Shown here in pieces: positions 1 through 9,220 of a DNA stretch of 64,000 bases. The stretch comes from Desulfuromonadales bacterium (lineage in GTDB: Bacteria > Desulfobacterota > Desulfuromonadia > Desulfuromonadales > JAHYIW01). The stretch is taken from the NCBI GenBank assembly GCA_029210745.1, contig JARGFI010000009.1:852-64851 (forward strand). Reading direction: 5' to 3'. The translations under genes and the position numbers were made by a program. Under the pieces are notes generated by a model. The model was not told the DNA's origin and made no database searches. It worked only from the letters and a program-made list of their open reading frames with translations. How positions within the stretch are numbered: the first letter of the stretch is position 1; every line of letters starts with the position of its first letter.

Positions 1-104
1 GGTGGGCGGAGCAGATTGGTTGTGATGTTGAATTTGTGGGCCAGGATGTGGTTCTGCTACACAAACCGCAGCCACTTATACAGCGTTATTCTTTGGGCGC
101 GTAA
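1..104 (+). CDS. Possible 3' end of an upstream CDS (partial, unidentified)
   Basis: Frame 3 is open from the window edge (WAEQIGCDVEFVGQDVVLLHKPQ...) to TAA at 102-104; no recognisable motif. Confidence 0.3.
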   Translation, partial: WAEQIGCDVEFVGQDVVLLHKPQPLIQRYSLGA

Positions 105-189
105 ATGTAAATCACTCGCAATATATAAGAAGCATTATAATCATATCTGTGCTACACTGCGTGAAAATAGTCGATTTAAAAGGAGAAAA

Positions 190-552
190 ATGATGTCAGA
201 AACAAGGAATGCAAAACTTTCTGAAGCAACAAAGTCAGAAGTCAAGGAACAGAAAGAGGCCATAATTAAAGCTTCAACGTTATACGACAAGGCCCATAAT
301 GGCCCGTCCGGTACTCAATTTGAGGTCGGTGTCAAATTTTATAATATAAAAAGCGAGAAGCTGGCTTTCGATTTTTTTAAGAAAGCCGCCAAAAGGGGCA
401 ATGCCAAATCGATGAATCGATTGGGAGAAATGTATTTTCACGGGAAGGGCTGCATCAGATCTTTATCAAGGGCCAAGTCCTGGTGGGAACGCAGTGCAGA
501 ACTTGGCAACCAGAAAGCCCAGAATAATCTGAAATCGATGCCAATAGAGTGA
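190..552 (+). CDS. Sel1-like repeat (TPR) protein
   Basis: Sel1 motifs AFDFFKKAAKRGNAKSMNRLGEMYFHGKG and WWERSAELGNQKAQNNL; start placed at ATG 190 after AGGAG. Confidence 0.8.
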   Translation: MMSETRNAKLSEATKSEVKEQKEAIIKASTLYDKAHNGPSGTQFEVGVKFYNIKSEKLAFDFFKKAAKRGNAKSMNRLGEMYFHGKGCIRSLSRAKSWWERSAELGNQKAQNNLKSMPIE

Positions 553-603
553 ATTTTACCTGAAGCCATTTTGGTGTTCGTTTAATGTTCCATCAATTCA
601 ACG

Positions 604-631
604 GGTTGGCAGTTTTCTGCTGACCTTTTTT
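604..631 (+). terminator. Rho-independent terminator after the Sel1 gene
   Basis: GGTTGGCAG-TTTT-CTGCTGACC hairpin (two G-U pairs) followed by T6. Confidence 0.65.
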
Positions 632-678
632 GCTGTTTCAGTTGTACCAGTAGCTCATTTACCTCAACAAGGTCAGCG

Positions 679-1125
679 ATGAAAGTATGGGTTGACGCGG
701 ACGCATGCCCGGCGGTGATCAAGGAAATATTATTCAAGGCCGCCAACCGTGTTCGCGTGCAGTTGACGCTGGTTGCGAATCATTTTATGCGGATTCCCGC
801 TTCACCACAGATCGATTTTTTGCTGGTCGCCGCCGGGTGCGATGTGGCTGACAACGAAATCATTGCCCGCCTCAGTCGGGGTGATCTGGTGATCACCAGT
901 GATATTCCACTGGCCGCCGAAGTGATAGAAAAGGGGGGGATTGCCCTGAGTCCGCGTGGTGAGCTCTATTCCCCTGACGATATTCGTTCCATCCTGATCA
1001 TGCGTGATTTTATGGATAACCTTCGGGGGAGCGGAATTGACACCGGAGGACCACCGCCGTTAAATAAATCTGACCGCCAGGATTTTGCCAACCAGCTGGA
1101 CAGGATTTTAACCAGATATACCTGA
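679..1125 (+). CDS. yaiI: YaiI/YqxD family protein (UPF0178)
   Basis: N-terminal [19 protein letters not shown] and C-terminal GGPPP...FANQLD family motifs. Confidence 0.9.
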   Translation: MKVWVDADACPAVIKEILFKAANRVRVQLTLVANHFMRIPASPQIDFLLVAAGCDVADNEIIARLSRGDLVITSDIPLAAEVIEKGGIALSPRGELYSPDDIRSILIMRDFMDNLRGSGIDTGGPPPLNKSDRQDFANQLDRILTRYT

Positions 1126-1202
1126 ATACAGGATATTGCTCCTGATGGTCTGCTGTGCTACCGTGCGATGCAATACTGACGCCGCCGCCAGGGAGTGCTG
1201 AT

Positions 1203-1946
1203 TTGTCCAAAGAACGTCTTGATAAAATACTTGTGGATCGTGGTTTGACCCCCTCGCGGGAGCGTGCCCGGGCGCTAATTCTGGCCGGGCAAGTGGTGGT
1301 TGATGATCACCGGATCGACAAGGCCGGAACCAGGGTGTCACCGCTGGCTGACATTCGTCTTAAAGGTGCGGATATTCCCTATGTCTCACGGGGAGGACTG
1401 AAGCTGGAGAAGGGGCTCGATGCCTTTGCGGTGGCGGTGCAGGGACGGGTCGCCATCGATGTCGGTGCATCGACCGGGGGGTTTACCGATTGCCTGTTGC
1501 AACATGGCGCGGCCAGGGTTTTTGCCGTGGATGTCGGTTACGGGCAGCTGGCCTGGAAGCTCCGCGATGATCCACGGGTAGTGAACCTGGAGCGTACCAA
1601 TATCCGTGACCTGAGTAGCTCTCAATTGGCCGAACCGCCTTCACTGGCGGTCATCGACGCATCGTTTATTTCCCTCAAGCTGGTTCTGCCGCCAACGCTT
1701 AAGCTGCTGACGCCTGACGCTGAAATCATTGCCCTGATCAAACCTCAATTTGAGGTTGGCAAAGGAAAGGTCGGCAAGGGTGGGGTGGTGCGTGATCCGG
1801 AACAGCACCGTGAGACAGTGGCGGCGATTGAAGCTGTTGCGGTTGAACTTGGTTGCCGGGTTGATAAAGTCATTGCAAGCCCGTTGCTCGGGCCGAAGGG
1901 CAATCGTGAATTCCTGATCCATCTTTATAAAAAGGCGACGCCATGA
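1203..1946 (+). CDS. tlyA: TlyA family rRNA 2'-O-methyltransferase (S4 + FtsJ-like domains)
   Basis: KERLD S4 start, [43 protein letters not shown]; likely TTG start at 1203. Confidence 0.95.
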   Translation: MSKERLDKILVDRGLTPSRERARALILAGQVVVDDHRIDKAGTRVSPLADIRLKGADIPYVSRGGLKLEKGLDAFAVAVQGRVAIDVGASTGGFTDCLLQHGAARVFAVDVGYGQLAWKLRDDPRVVNLERTNIRDLSSSQLAEPPSLAVIDASFISLKLVLPPTLKLLTPDAEIIALIKPQFEVGKGKVGKGGVVRDPEQHRETVAAIEAVAVELGCRVDKVIASPLLGPKGNREFLIHLYKKATP

Positions 1947-2719
1947 ATCATGTCTGGTTTGTCGGTGCCGGTCCGGGGGACCCTGACCTGCTGACCCGCA
2001 AGGGGGAGCGGTTGTTGCGCGAATGTGTCACGGTTTTTGCTGCCGAACCGTTCGCCGTGACATTTACGGAACTGGTAGCTGGCAAAGAGATACTGAGTCC
2101 TTTTGCCTATTATTTTGATGAGCTGATCGGTGTGGTTGAAGAGCGACTGGTCACTGGATCGGTGGTTTTTCTGATCCCTGGCGACTTGACTTTTTATGCG
2201 CCGTTTCAGGGCCTGATCGAACGTCTCGGTGAGCGCGCCGTGGTGGTGCCGGGGGTCGGGATTGTCAATGCTGCTTCAGCGCTGCTGCGCAAGACCCTCG
2301 ATCTGCCCGGTATTTGTAATCGTGTTATCGTCACTTCGCCACGGACCCTTGGTGATCATCATCAGGCACCGTCTCTGTCTGAACTGGCGGCACCGGGAGT
2401 CACCCTGCTGATCTACATGAACAATCGCCCGTTGTCCGCACTGACCGCCGAGTTGAAGACCGGCTATGGTCAAAACGTCCCGATTGCCCTTCTGCACCGG
2501 GTGGGATTGCCCGGTGAGGAGGTGATCAGCGGGACGCTCGATGATATTGTCCCTTTGGTTGGTGACCGTGAGAACGTTCTGTTCAATCTGGGGGACCCGA
2601 CCGGACGACCGGCATTGACGCTGGTGATTGTTGGCGAGACACTGGCCGCGCGCCCTGACGGTACCTGGTGGGATTATCGCCGTGAACATATCTGGCGCCA
2701 GCGTGAGGGGGAGCAGTAA
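1943..2719 (+). CDS. Tetrapyrrole-methylase-fold SAM-dependent methyltransferase (divergent CobM/CbiF-like)
   Basis: [22 protein letters not shown] and VVPGV motifs; start overlaps the tlyA stop (ATGA). Confidence 0.8.
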   Translation: MNHVWFVGAGPGDPDLLTRKGERLLRECVTVFAAEPFAVTFTELVAGKEILSPFAYYFDELIGVVEERLVTGSVVFLIPGDLTFYAPFQGLIERLGERAVVVPGVGIVNAASALLRKTLDLPGICNRVIVTSPRTLGDHHQAPSLSELAAPGVTLLIYMNNRPLSALTAELKTGYGQNVPIALLHRVGLPGEEVISGTLDDIVPLVGDRENVLFNLGDPTGRPALTLVIVGETLAARPDGTWWDYRREHIWRQREGEQ

Positions 2720-2722
2720 CCG

Positions 2723-3682
2723 ATGCGGATCATCTCGCCGATCGATAACGCTGCCGAGGTTGTACCGCTGCTTGCTGCCGGTGCTGACGAACTCTATGGC
2801 GGCTATGTGCCGAGCGCCTGGCAGGAACGTTATCGCTTGCTCGCCTCCCTCAATCAACGCACTTTTGCCGGTGCGCAAATTGAGAGCGAGGCGGAATTAG
2901 CGGAGATAATCGCGGCCTTGCATGAGCAGGGGAAAACCTTCTCCCTGACCCTTAATGCCCCCTTTTACGATGACCGGCAGTTGCCGCTGGTACTTGATTA
3001 CGTCGGGCGGATGGCAGAGCTGGGGGTTGACGGGATTATCCTCGCCGATCTGGTTTTGCTTGCCCAGCTTCGGCAACGCTTTCCCGTCTTTGAGTACCAC
3101 GCCAGCACATTGGCCCATCTGACCAACGCGGCGGCCGTGCGTTTTTATGTGCAACAGGGGATTCAGCGAGCCGTCTTGCCGCGCCATCTGACTGTTGCCG
3201 AGCTGGAGGCGATAGCAACCGGTCTGCCGGAAATCCGTTTTGACGCTTTTATGCTGGTCGGAAAATGTGCCAATACTGAAGGACTTTGTTCGTTTCATCA
3301 TAGCAGCCCTGATGAAATCTGGCCGTGCGAAATCCCTTATAGCATCGCACCGTGTCATCCTCCCGGCAGCGCAAATCTCAACCAGGCGATGGAACGCCAG
3401 GCGCTCTGGTCGCGCAGCAATCGCCGTCACGGTTGTGGACTTTGTGCGCTCCCCGCGCTGTCGCGGATCGGTATACACGGGGTTAAGCTGGTTGGGCGTG
3501 GCGCGGCGACGCGAGTTAAAATCCGCAATGTAAAGCTGGTGAAAGAGTTTATCGCGCTGAGTGCGAAAGAAACCGACCCAAAGGTGTTCCAACGCCGTGC
3601 GCGCGACGCTCATTCTGCATCTTTCGGGTCGCCATGTTGCAGAAATGTATGTTACTATCCCGAATTCCTGGAGGAGAAGTAG
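2723..3682 (+). CDS. U32-family protein, probably Fe-S binding
   Basis: AGADELYGG, GVDGIILADL, HASTL, RAVLPRHLT, C-x6-C-x12-C, GCGLC, KLVGRG (KIEGR equivalent) and C-terminal CCxxxCYY. Confidence 0.85.
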   Translation: MRIISPIDNAAEVVPLLAAGADELYGGYVPSAWQERYRLLASLNQRTFAGAQIESEAELAEIIAALHEQGKTFSLTLNAPFYDDRQLPLVLDYVGRMAELGVDGIILADLVLLAQLRQRFPVFEYHASTLAHLTNAAAVRFYVQQGIQRAVLPRHLTVAELEAIATGLPEIRFDAFMLVGKCANTEGLCSFHHSSPDEIWPCEIPYSIAPCHPPGSANLNQAMERQALWSRSNRRHGCGLCALPALSRIGIHGVKLVGRGAATRVKIRNVKLVKEFIALSAKETDPKVFQRRARDAHSASFGSPCCRNVCYYPEFLEEK

Positions 3683-3704
3683 ATGTTTACCAAGGGGGTG
3701 ACTG

Positions 3705-4052
3705 ATGGCTACGAACTGTCTTTTTTGTAAAATAAATTCCGGCGAAATTCCGGGAAAATTTATTTACGAGGATGAGGATCTGATCGCTTTTGCGGATATT
3801 AATCCTCAGGCACCGCATCACTATCTGCTGGTGCCACGTCGTCATATTCCGACCACCCTCGATCTGACTGCTGACGACGCGGCATTGATCGGTCGTATCT
3901 ATCTGGCGGCCGGGAAGATCGCTCGACAGCTTGGCTTTGCTGAAGCAGGATTTCGGGTGGTGAACAATTGTAACGAGGCCGCCGGACAAACTGTCTGGCA
4001 TATCCATTTTCATCTGCTCGCCGGGCGCAACCTGACCTGGCCGCCGGGCTGA
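3705..4052 (+). CDS. hinT: Histidine triad (HIT/Hint) nucleotide-binding protein
   Basis: CLFCKI, DINPQAP, GQTVWHIHFHLL triad, WPPG end. Confidence 0.95.
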   Translation: MATNCLFCKINSGEIPGKFIYEDEDLIAFADINPQAPHHYLLVPRRHIPTTLDLTADDAALIGRIYLAAGKIARQLGFAEAGFRVVNNCNEAAGQTVWHIHFHLLAGRNLTWPPG

Positions 4053-4066
4053 AGCCCCCTTGATCT

Positions 4067-5536
4067 ATGAAGTCGACTGACACAGACATACACAAACGCC
4101 AGCAGCAGCGGCTGATGAGCGAGATCATGGAGCTGCTGGTGACGCACTTCGGTGCCGGGTTGAGCGAAGAGGAACTCGATCGTTCGATTGAACGGTTGCA
4201 GAAGTCGTTCGCTCTGGCGCAGGCCTCGCACGACACGCAAATGCGCAAGTCGGGAGAACCTTATATCTTTCACCCGCTGCGGGTTGCCCATCTGGCGGCG
4301 CGTCACTGGATGGATTTTCCGCCGGTTATTGCTGCGATTTTGCATGATGTTGTCGAAGACACTCCGGTAACACTGGCGCATGTCAGCGAAGAGTTCGGCA
4401 AAGAAGTGGCGTTTCTGGTTAACGGCCTGACCAAGGTGACGGACGATCATCTCAGTCGCGATGCCCTGAAGGCGGAGACGTACCGTAAAACAGTGCTGTC
4501 AGCGGTCGATGATGTCCGTGTCCTGTGTCTCAAATTCTGGGACCGAATTGATAATTTACAAACGATCGGTGCCCTTAAACCGGAAAAACAATCATTGATT
4601 GCCGAGGAAACCCGTACCATCTATGTCCCGCTGGCGCGTCATCTCGGCATGGGGTATGTTGCTTCCGAGCTTGAGGCTTTGTCGTTACAGGTGGTTTATC
4701 CGCGCCTCGCGGCAACCTATCACGCGCTGGTTGAAGAACTGCGCCATGAGTTTACGCCAAAGTTGCGAAAAATTCGTTCCAAGATTCAGACCTCTTTTGA
4801 GCAGCATAAGCTCAATGCAACCTTGCGTGACCGCTGGCGCTCATTTTCGACCGATGCTGCAAAGCAGAGAAAGCGCGGAGTCACGTCGCTGTATACTCTG
4901 GAAATTCAGGTTGATCGCACGATGGACGCCTATGTGGCGCTCGGTTTACTGCACGGTATATATTATCCGATCCCCGGTAAATTACGCGATCATCTCAGTG
5001 TCATGTCGCAGTTCGGTTATCAGGCGCTGAAAACGACGGTCCAGGCGCGCACCACGCGAATTCGCGTCGAAATCACCACTCGCAAGCTGGCGCGTTTCAA
5101 CGCGGCAGGGGTGTTGGCGCCAGGGTTCGAGTTCCGCAAAGATAATTTCCGTGACCTGATGCATTCACTCTCCGACGGCGAATCGGCGTTCGATTCCGAA
5201 CGCTTGCGACTGGCATCGAGTACGATTCAGGTCTATACGCCGATCGGTCAGATCGTGACCTTGCCGGAGGGGAGCAGCGTTCTCGATTTTGCTTTCCAGA
5301 TTCACGAAGCGCTGGGCCTGCATGCTCAACGCGCGCGGGTCAATGGCCAAACCCGCCAGCTGCGATCGCGCCTGATGGATGGTGATCAGGTCGGGATTGA
5401 ACGCGCCGATAAGCCGGTAGTGCTGCCGAAATGGCTCGAATGGACGGTCACTCCGAAAGCACGTAACGCTATCCGGCGTTACCTGCGAACCCGGGTCAAG
5501 GAGAGCGATAAAAATGAGGAACAATCCACCGTTTAA
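4067..5536 (+). CDS. RelA/SpoT homologue: HD hydrolase + degenerate synthetase + TGS, C-terminally truncated
   Basis: RKSGEPYIFHP and LHDVVEDT (HD), TGS VYTP..LPEGSSVLDFAFQIH; synthetase motifs eroded; ends after the helical domain. Confidence 0.85.
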   Translation: MKSTDTDIHKRQQQRLMSEIMELLVTHFGAGLSEEELDRSIERLQKSFALAQASHDTQMRKSGEPYIFHPLRVAHLAARHWMDFPPVIAAILHDVVEDTPVTLAHVSEEFGKEVAFLVNGLTKVTDDHLSRDALKAETYRKTVLSAVDDVRVLCLKFWDRIDNLQTIGALKPEKQSLIAEETRTIYVPLARHLGMGYVASELEALSLQVVYPRLAATYHALVEELRHEFTPKLRKIRSKIQTSFEQHKLNATLRDRWRSFSTDAAKQRKRGVTSLYTLEIQVDRTMDAYVALGLLHGIYYPIPGKLRDHLSVMSQFGYQALKTTVQARTTRIRVEITTRKLARFNAAGVLAPGFEFRKDNFRDLMHSLSDGESAFDSERLRLASSTIQVYTPIGQIVTLPEGSSVLDFAFQIHEALGLHAQRARVNGQTRQLRSRLMDGDQVGIERADKPVVLPKWLEWTVTPKARNAIRRYLRTRVKESDKNEEQSTV

Positions 5537-6578
5537 ACTGTGGTTGACCATGCTGCTCTTGTTACTGTTCGTCGCGCCGGTGTCGGCGGGCGTTAACATC
5601 TTTGTTTATCACCGTTTTGATGATGTCCGTTATCCTTCCACAAATATTTCTGGCGACATATTCTCCCAGCAGCTTGAATGGCTGCGTGCTGAAAACTATC
5701 AAGTGCTGACTTTGGGTGCGGTTGTTGATCACCTGCGTTCCGGACAGAGCATCCCCGAGCGATGCGCAGTGTTGACGATTGACGACGCGTTCAGCTCGTT
5801 TTACACGGCAGGCCTGCCGCTGTTGAAACAATTCGGTTTTCCGGCGACGCTGTTTGTCAACACCGACGGGATTGGCGGTGCCAGTTATATGAGCTGGGCA
5901 CAATTAGGTGAGGTCGCTGCGGCCGGGATTGAGATCGGCAATCACTCGGCTACGCACGACTACCTGGTTGAAAAACGTTCAGGTGAGGACGAGGCGCAAC
6001 GATTGGCCCGGATTCGCGCTGATTTAAGTCGCGCCCAACAGACGCTGCGCAAAAATCTTGGTATCGAACCGAAACTATTTTCCTATCCCTATGGCGAATA
6101 CGACTTGCAGCTGCAACAGTTGGTCGCCGAGCTTGGTTTCTCTGCGGCTGTAGCACAACAGTCCGGGGTGGTGAATGCGGCGACGGACCGCTACGCTCTG
6201 CCGCGTTTTCCGATGGGCGGCCAGTATGCGACATTACGAGGTTTTCGCGATAAGTTGGCGATGGAGGCACTTCAGGTCGAGGTGTCGTCCCCGGTAAATC
6301 CGCTTGCCCTTGTAAATCCCCCGACACTGCGGCTTAAGATCACGGATCCGGAGGTTGACCTGAGAAGGTTGAATTGTTATATCGATGGGAGTCCCCGCTG
6401 TGCAATGACGTGGGAAGGGGATGTCGGCGCTGACAGCTGGTTAACGATTTCAGCTGCCACCCCTTTATCCGGTCGTCGCGGAAAATTTACGCTGACGGCA
6501 CCGAACCGCCGCACCGGTCGGTGGCACTGGTTCAGTCAGTTGTGGATTTTTCCGGTGGTTGCTGATGGCGACCGCTGA
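5514..6578 (+). CDS. Secreted polysaccharide deacetylase (CE4/NodB fold)
   Basis: Signal-peptide-like N-terminus; YHRF, LTIDDA, GNHSATH, FSYPYGE, LPRFP motifs. Confidence 0.9.
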   Translation: MRNNPPFKLWLTMLLLLLFVAPVSAGVNIFVYHRFDDVRYPSTNISGDIFSQQLEWLRAENYQVLTLGAVVDHLRSGQSIPERCAVLTIDDAFSSFYTAGLPLLKQFGFPATLFVNTDGIGGASYMSWAQLGEVAAAGIEIGNHSATHDYLVEKRSGEDEAQRLARIRADLSRAQQTLRKNLGIEPKLFSYPYGEYDLQLQQLVAELGFSAAVAQQSGVVNAATDRYALPRFPMGGQYATLRGFRDKLAMEALQVEVSSPVNPLALVNPPTLRLKITDPEVDLRRLNCYIDGSPRCAMTWEGDVGADSWLTISAATPLSGRRGKFTLTAPNRRTGRWHWFSQLWIFPVVADGDR

Positions 6579-7527
6579 ATTTGGCGGCGGAAAAAAGACC
6601 ATAGGTGGGAGGTTGCACCGCTGCTTCCGGTCGGCGTAGATAAACATCGGTCAGCCGCATCAATTTGTTGCTGCGGATAAGTCGACGGAGTTCTTCCACA
6701 TACGCCTGCCGCCGGGTTGAATAAAGTTCCAGATGTTGTGCCAGATCAAGCCCCCGTAACGGTTGACCGGACGATCTTAACTCAGCACGTTTTTTACGCA
6801 GCTCTCGATAAGCCCAGTGCGTATTGATGTTGTGCAAATATGAGTGAATTGACGCGAGCAGATTTTTAAAGCGTTTGATTTCGTAGGTTTCACCCTCCGG
6901 GCGGTCGCGTGGTGTGATTCCCGTCCCCGGTTTGAAGGTCCACTCACCAAAAAGATTATTGGCCAGTCGGGCAAAACGCGAGGTTCCCCATCCCGACTCG
7001 TTTGCAGCTTGGGCCAGCACCAGCGATGCCGGCACCTGATCAACCCTGCGCAGCAATTTTCCCATCGTTTGCGGGTCGGTTAGCGGGTTTTTTTTGATTC
7101 CGTAATCGCGGGCCAATTGTTGTACCCAGAGGACATCGCGCGCTTTAATTTCATTATGACGCGAGGCGTTGGGTGCTTTCAGTTCAATCAGGCGTTTCCG
7201 GTCAGCGAGAATTTCGTTATTGGCCATCAGCACCATCGGTAACAGGGACAGAAAGAAAATACGTTTTTTGTCTGTAACGTGTGGAACCTTCTCCATATCG
7301 TCCGGCAGGTTGGTCAGGATGAAACGTGGTACACCCCGGCTGAGGGTATCCCAGTCGTAGTTTTTTCCTTGCAGGTAATCGTTCAGTTCGAGATGATTGT
7401 CATATTCGATCTGTGGCAATGGCTGGTCATGGTCTTTAAGTTCGGCACGACAATTACAGGGAGTAGCGATCAGGAATAACCCTGACCACAACAGTACAAA
7501 AAATATCAGACTGGTTTTTAAACTCAT
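6532..7527 (-). CDS. Glucosaminidase-domain (Bax-like) peptidoglycan hydrolase
   Basis: KKRIFFLSLLP, LAQAANESGWGTSRFA, NNLFG, YLHNINTHWAY, YST motifs; signal peptide. Confidence 0.85.
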   Translation of the reverse strand: MSLKTSLIFFVLLWSGLFLIATPCNCRAELKDHDQPLPQIEYDNHLELNDYLQGKNYDWDTLSRGVPRFILTNLPDDMEKVPHVTDKKRIFFLSLLPMVLMANNEILADRKRLIELKAPNASRHNEIKARDVLWVQQLARDYGIKKNPLTDPQTMGKLLRRVDQVPASLVLAQAANESGWGTSRFARLANNLFGEWTFKPGTGITPRDRPEGETYEIKRFKNLLASIHSYLHNINTHWAYRELRKKRAELRSSGQPLRGLDLAQHLELYSTRRQAYVEELRRLIRSNKLMRLTDVYLRRPEAAVQPPTYGLFSAAKFSGRHQQPPEKSTTD

Positions 7528-7627
7528 TTAAGTCCTTTTGGGGCCTTTTTTACGTGCGCTGTTCAGCCTGTTTCAAGTCGTCGTAAAATAGCTGAATCGA
7601 GATACGACCGCAATCCGGAGTTTAAAG

Positions 7628-8047
7628 ATGAAATCATTTCGTAAAGAACTTTGGTTCAACATACCGCAGCGTCGCGGTTTTCTTAATATTACCACAGAGA
7701 TCGCCAAATGTTTGCACGACAGCGGCATTCACGAGGGGCTGTGCCTGGTCAATGCCATGCATATTACCGCCTCGGTCTTCATTAACGATGACGAAAACGG
7801 TCTGCATGGTGATTTTGAACGTTGGCTTGAAGAGCTGGCCCCGCATCAGCCATTATTGCGCTATCAGCATAATCTGACCGGCGAGGATAATGGTGACGCT
7901 CATCTTAAACGCACCGTTATGGGGCGCGAGGTTGTGGTCGCGGTAACCGCCGGCAAGCTCGATTTCGGACCGTGGGAACAGATTTTTTACGGTGAGTTCG
8001 ATGGTCAACGGCGCAAACGGGTGCTGGTCAAGATCATCGGAGAATAG
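7628..8047 (+). CDS. yjbQ: YjbQ/UPF0047 family protein
   Basis: [33 protein letters not shown]. Confidence 0.9.
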   Translation: MKSFRKELWFNIPQRRGFLNITTEIAKCLHDSGIHEGLCLVNAMHITASVFINDDENGLHGDFERWLEELAPHQPLLRYQHNLTGEDNGDAHLKRTVMGREVVVAVTAGKLDFGPWEQIFYGEFDGQRRKRVLVKIIGE

Positions 8048-8052
8048 CCGCC

Positions 8053-9141
8053 ATGGAACCCCCTGTACTTTCTGTTATCGTCCCCCTGCTCAATGATGTT
8101 GCTGAGTTGCCAGGCTTCTTTGCCTCCCTGGCGGGGCAACGTGGAAGCTCCCTTGAACTGCTGATCTGCGATGGTGGCTCGACCGACGCCGGACGGGAGC
8201 GCGTACTCGAACTCGGTTCCACGCTGCCGTTCCCCTGCCGGTTGCTCGCATGTGAGCGGGGCAGGGCGCGGCAACTGAATGCCGGGGCGCGTGCCGCGCA
8301 GGCAGCAACCTTGCTGTTTTTGCATGTCGACTCTCGTTTTGCGGACGAAAATGCGTTGTACCGAGCGGAGCTTGCCCTCAACGATGCGATTGCCGCTGCC
8401 AAAACCGAACGTATCGCCGGGCACTTCCCGCTGCTGTTCAGACGCCGCACCGCCGCACCTTCCTTGCCCTACAGCTATTATGCCTGCAAGGCGCGGCTTG
8501 ATCGTCGCGGCTGCACCCACGGTGATCAGGGGCTGATGTTGCGAGCCAGTTTTTTTACAGAGCTGGGTTCGTTTGACGAAACGCTGCCGGTGCTCGAAGA
8601 TACACGCCTGGCGGATAAAATTCGCGGGGTGGGACAGTGGATGTTGTTTGATGCTGAAATTTCTACTTCGGCACGACGTTTCGAGACCGAAGGGCTGTAT
8701 GAGCGGCAGACACTGAACGCCCTGATCATGAACTTTGCAGCGATCGGCTGGAACGATTTTTTTATCGCCGCCGCCGATATTTATCGCTGTCAGGATCAAA
8801 CCGAACGCTTGCGACTGCTTCCGGTCATTGGATTGATTGGTGAGCTGACCGCCCGGATGAGCTGGCGAAGGCGCTGGTCGCTCTGGTACCGTACCGGGGG
8901 GTACGTGCGTGAGCAGGCGTGGCAGATTGCACTGTATGCCGATGTCCGGAGTAATTTTCGACGGCACATATCGTTTGATCAATATCAGTTGAACTGGCTT
9001 GAACGCTGGGATCGCTACGGGGATCGCTTAACGGATCACGTGCCGGGACGATGTGCCGCAATGCTCTTAACCTGCTTCTGGTTTTACTGGCTATACCGGC
9101 ATCGCCTGCAAATGGAAAAAGACGAGTCGGAGACGGGCTGA
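8053..9141 (+). CDS. GT2 glycosyltransferase, TIGR04283-like, with C-terminal extension
   Basis: SVIVPLLN, DGGSTD, GRARQLNAGA, LFLHVD, GDQG, LED, TSARRF motifs. Confidence 0.8.
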   Translation: MEPPVLSVIVPLLNDVAELPGFFASLAGQRGSSLELLICDGGSTDAGRERVLELGSTLPFPCRLLACERGRARQLNAGARAAQAATLLFLHVDSRFADENALYRAELALNDAIAAAKTERIAGHFPLLFRRRTAAPSLPYSYYACKARLDRRGCTHGDQGLMLRASFFTELGSFDETLPVLEDTRLADKIRGVGQWMLFDAEISTSARRFETEGLYERQTLNALIMNFAAIGWNDFFIAAADIYRCQDQTERLRLLPVIGLIGELTARMSWRRRWSLWYRTGGYVREQAWQIALYADVRSNFRRHISFDQYQLNWLERWDRYGDRLTDHVPGRCAAMLLTCFWFYWLYRHRLQMEKDESETG

Positions 9142-9220
9142 TGTAGCGGAGAGCGAAGAGCGGGGAGCGGGGGTGGCTTATATCGTAGCCACTGTTGTGG
9201 ACCCGCCCGCAGCGCAATTT

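Noticed and set aside
16..189. Extended N-termini from the ORF track (also for the ExeA ATPase, infA, ogt, the XRE gene and the RAYT)
   Set aside because: Homology and RBS positions point to downstream starts; the extensions cover promoters or neighbouring genes.
1943..2719. Assigning the symbol cobM/cbiF
   Set aside because: Only the fold-level motifs match and there is no cobalamin gene context, so the specific function is unsupported.
9142..9220. GAGCG short repeats and a GTGGCT/AGCCAC hairpin between convergent genes
   Set aside because: Short and imperfect; at most a weak bidirectional terminator, and not repeated elsewhere in the window.
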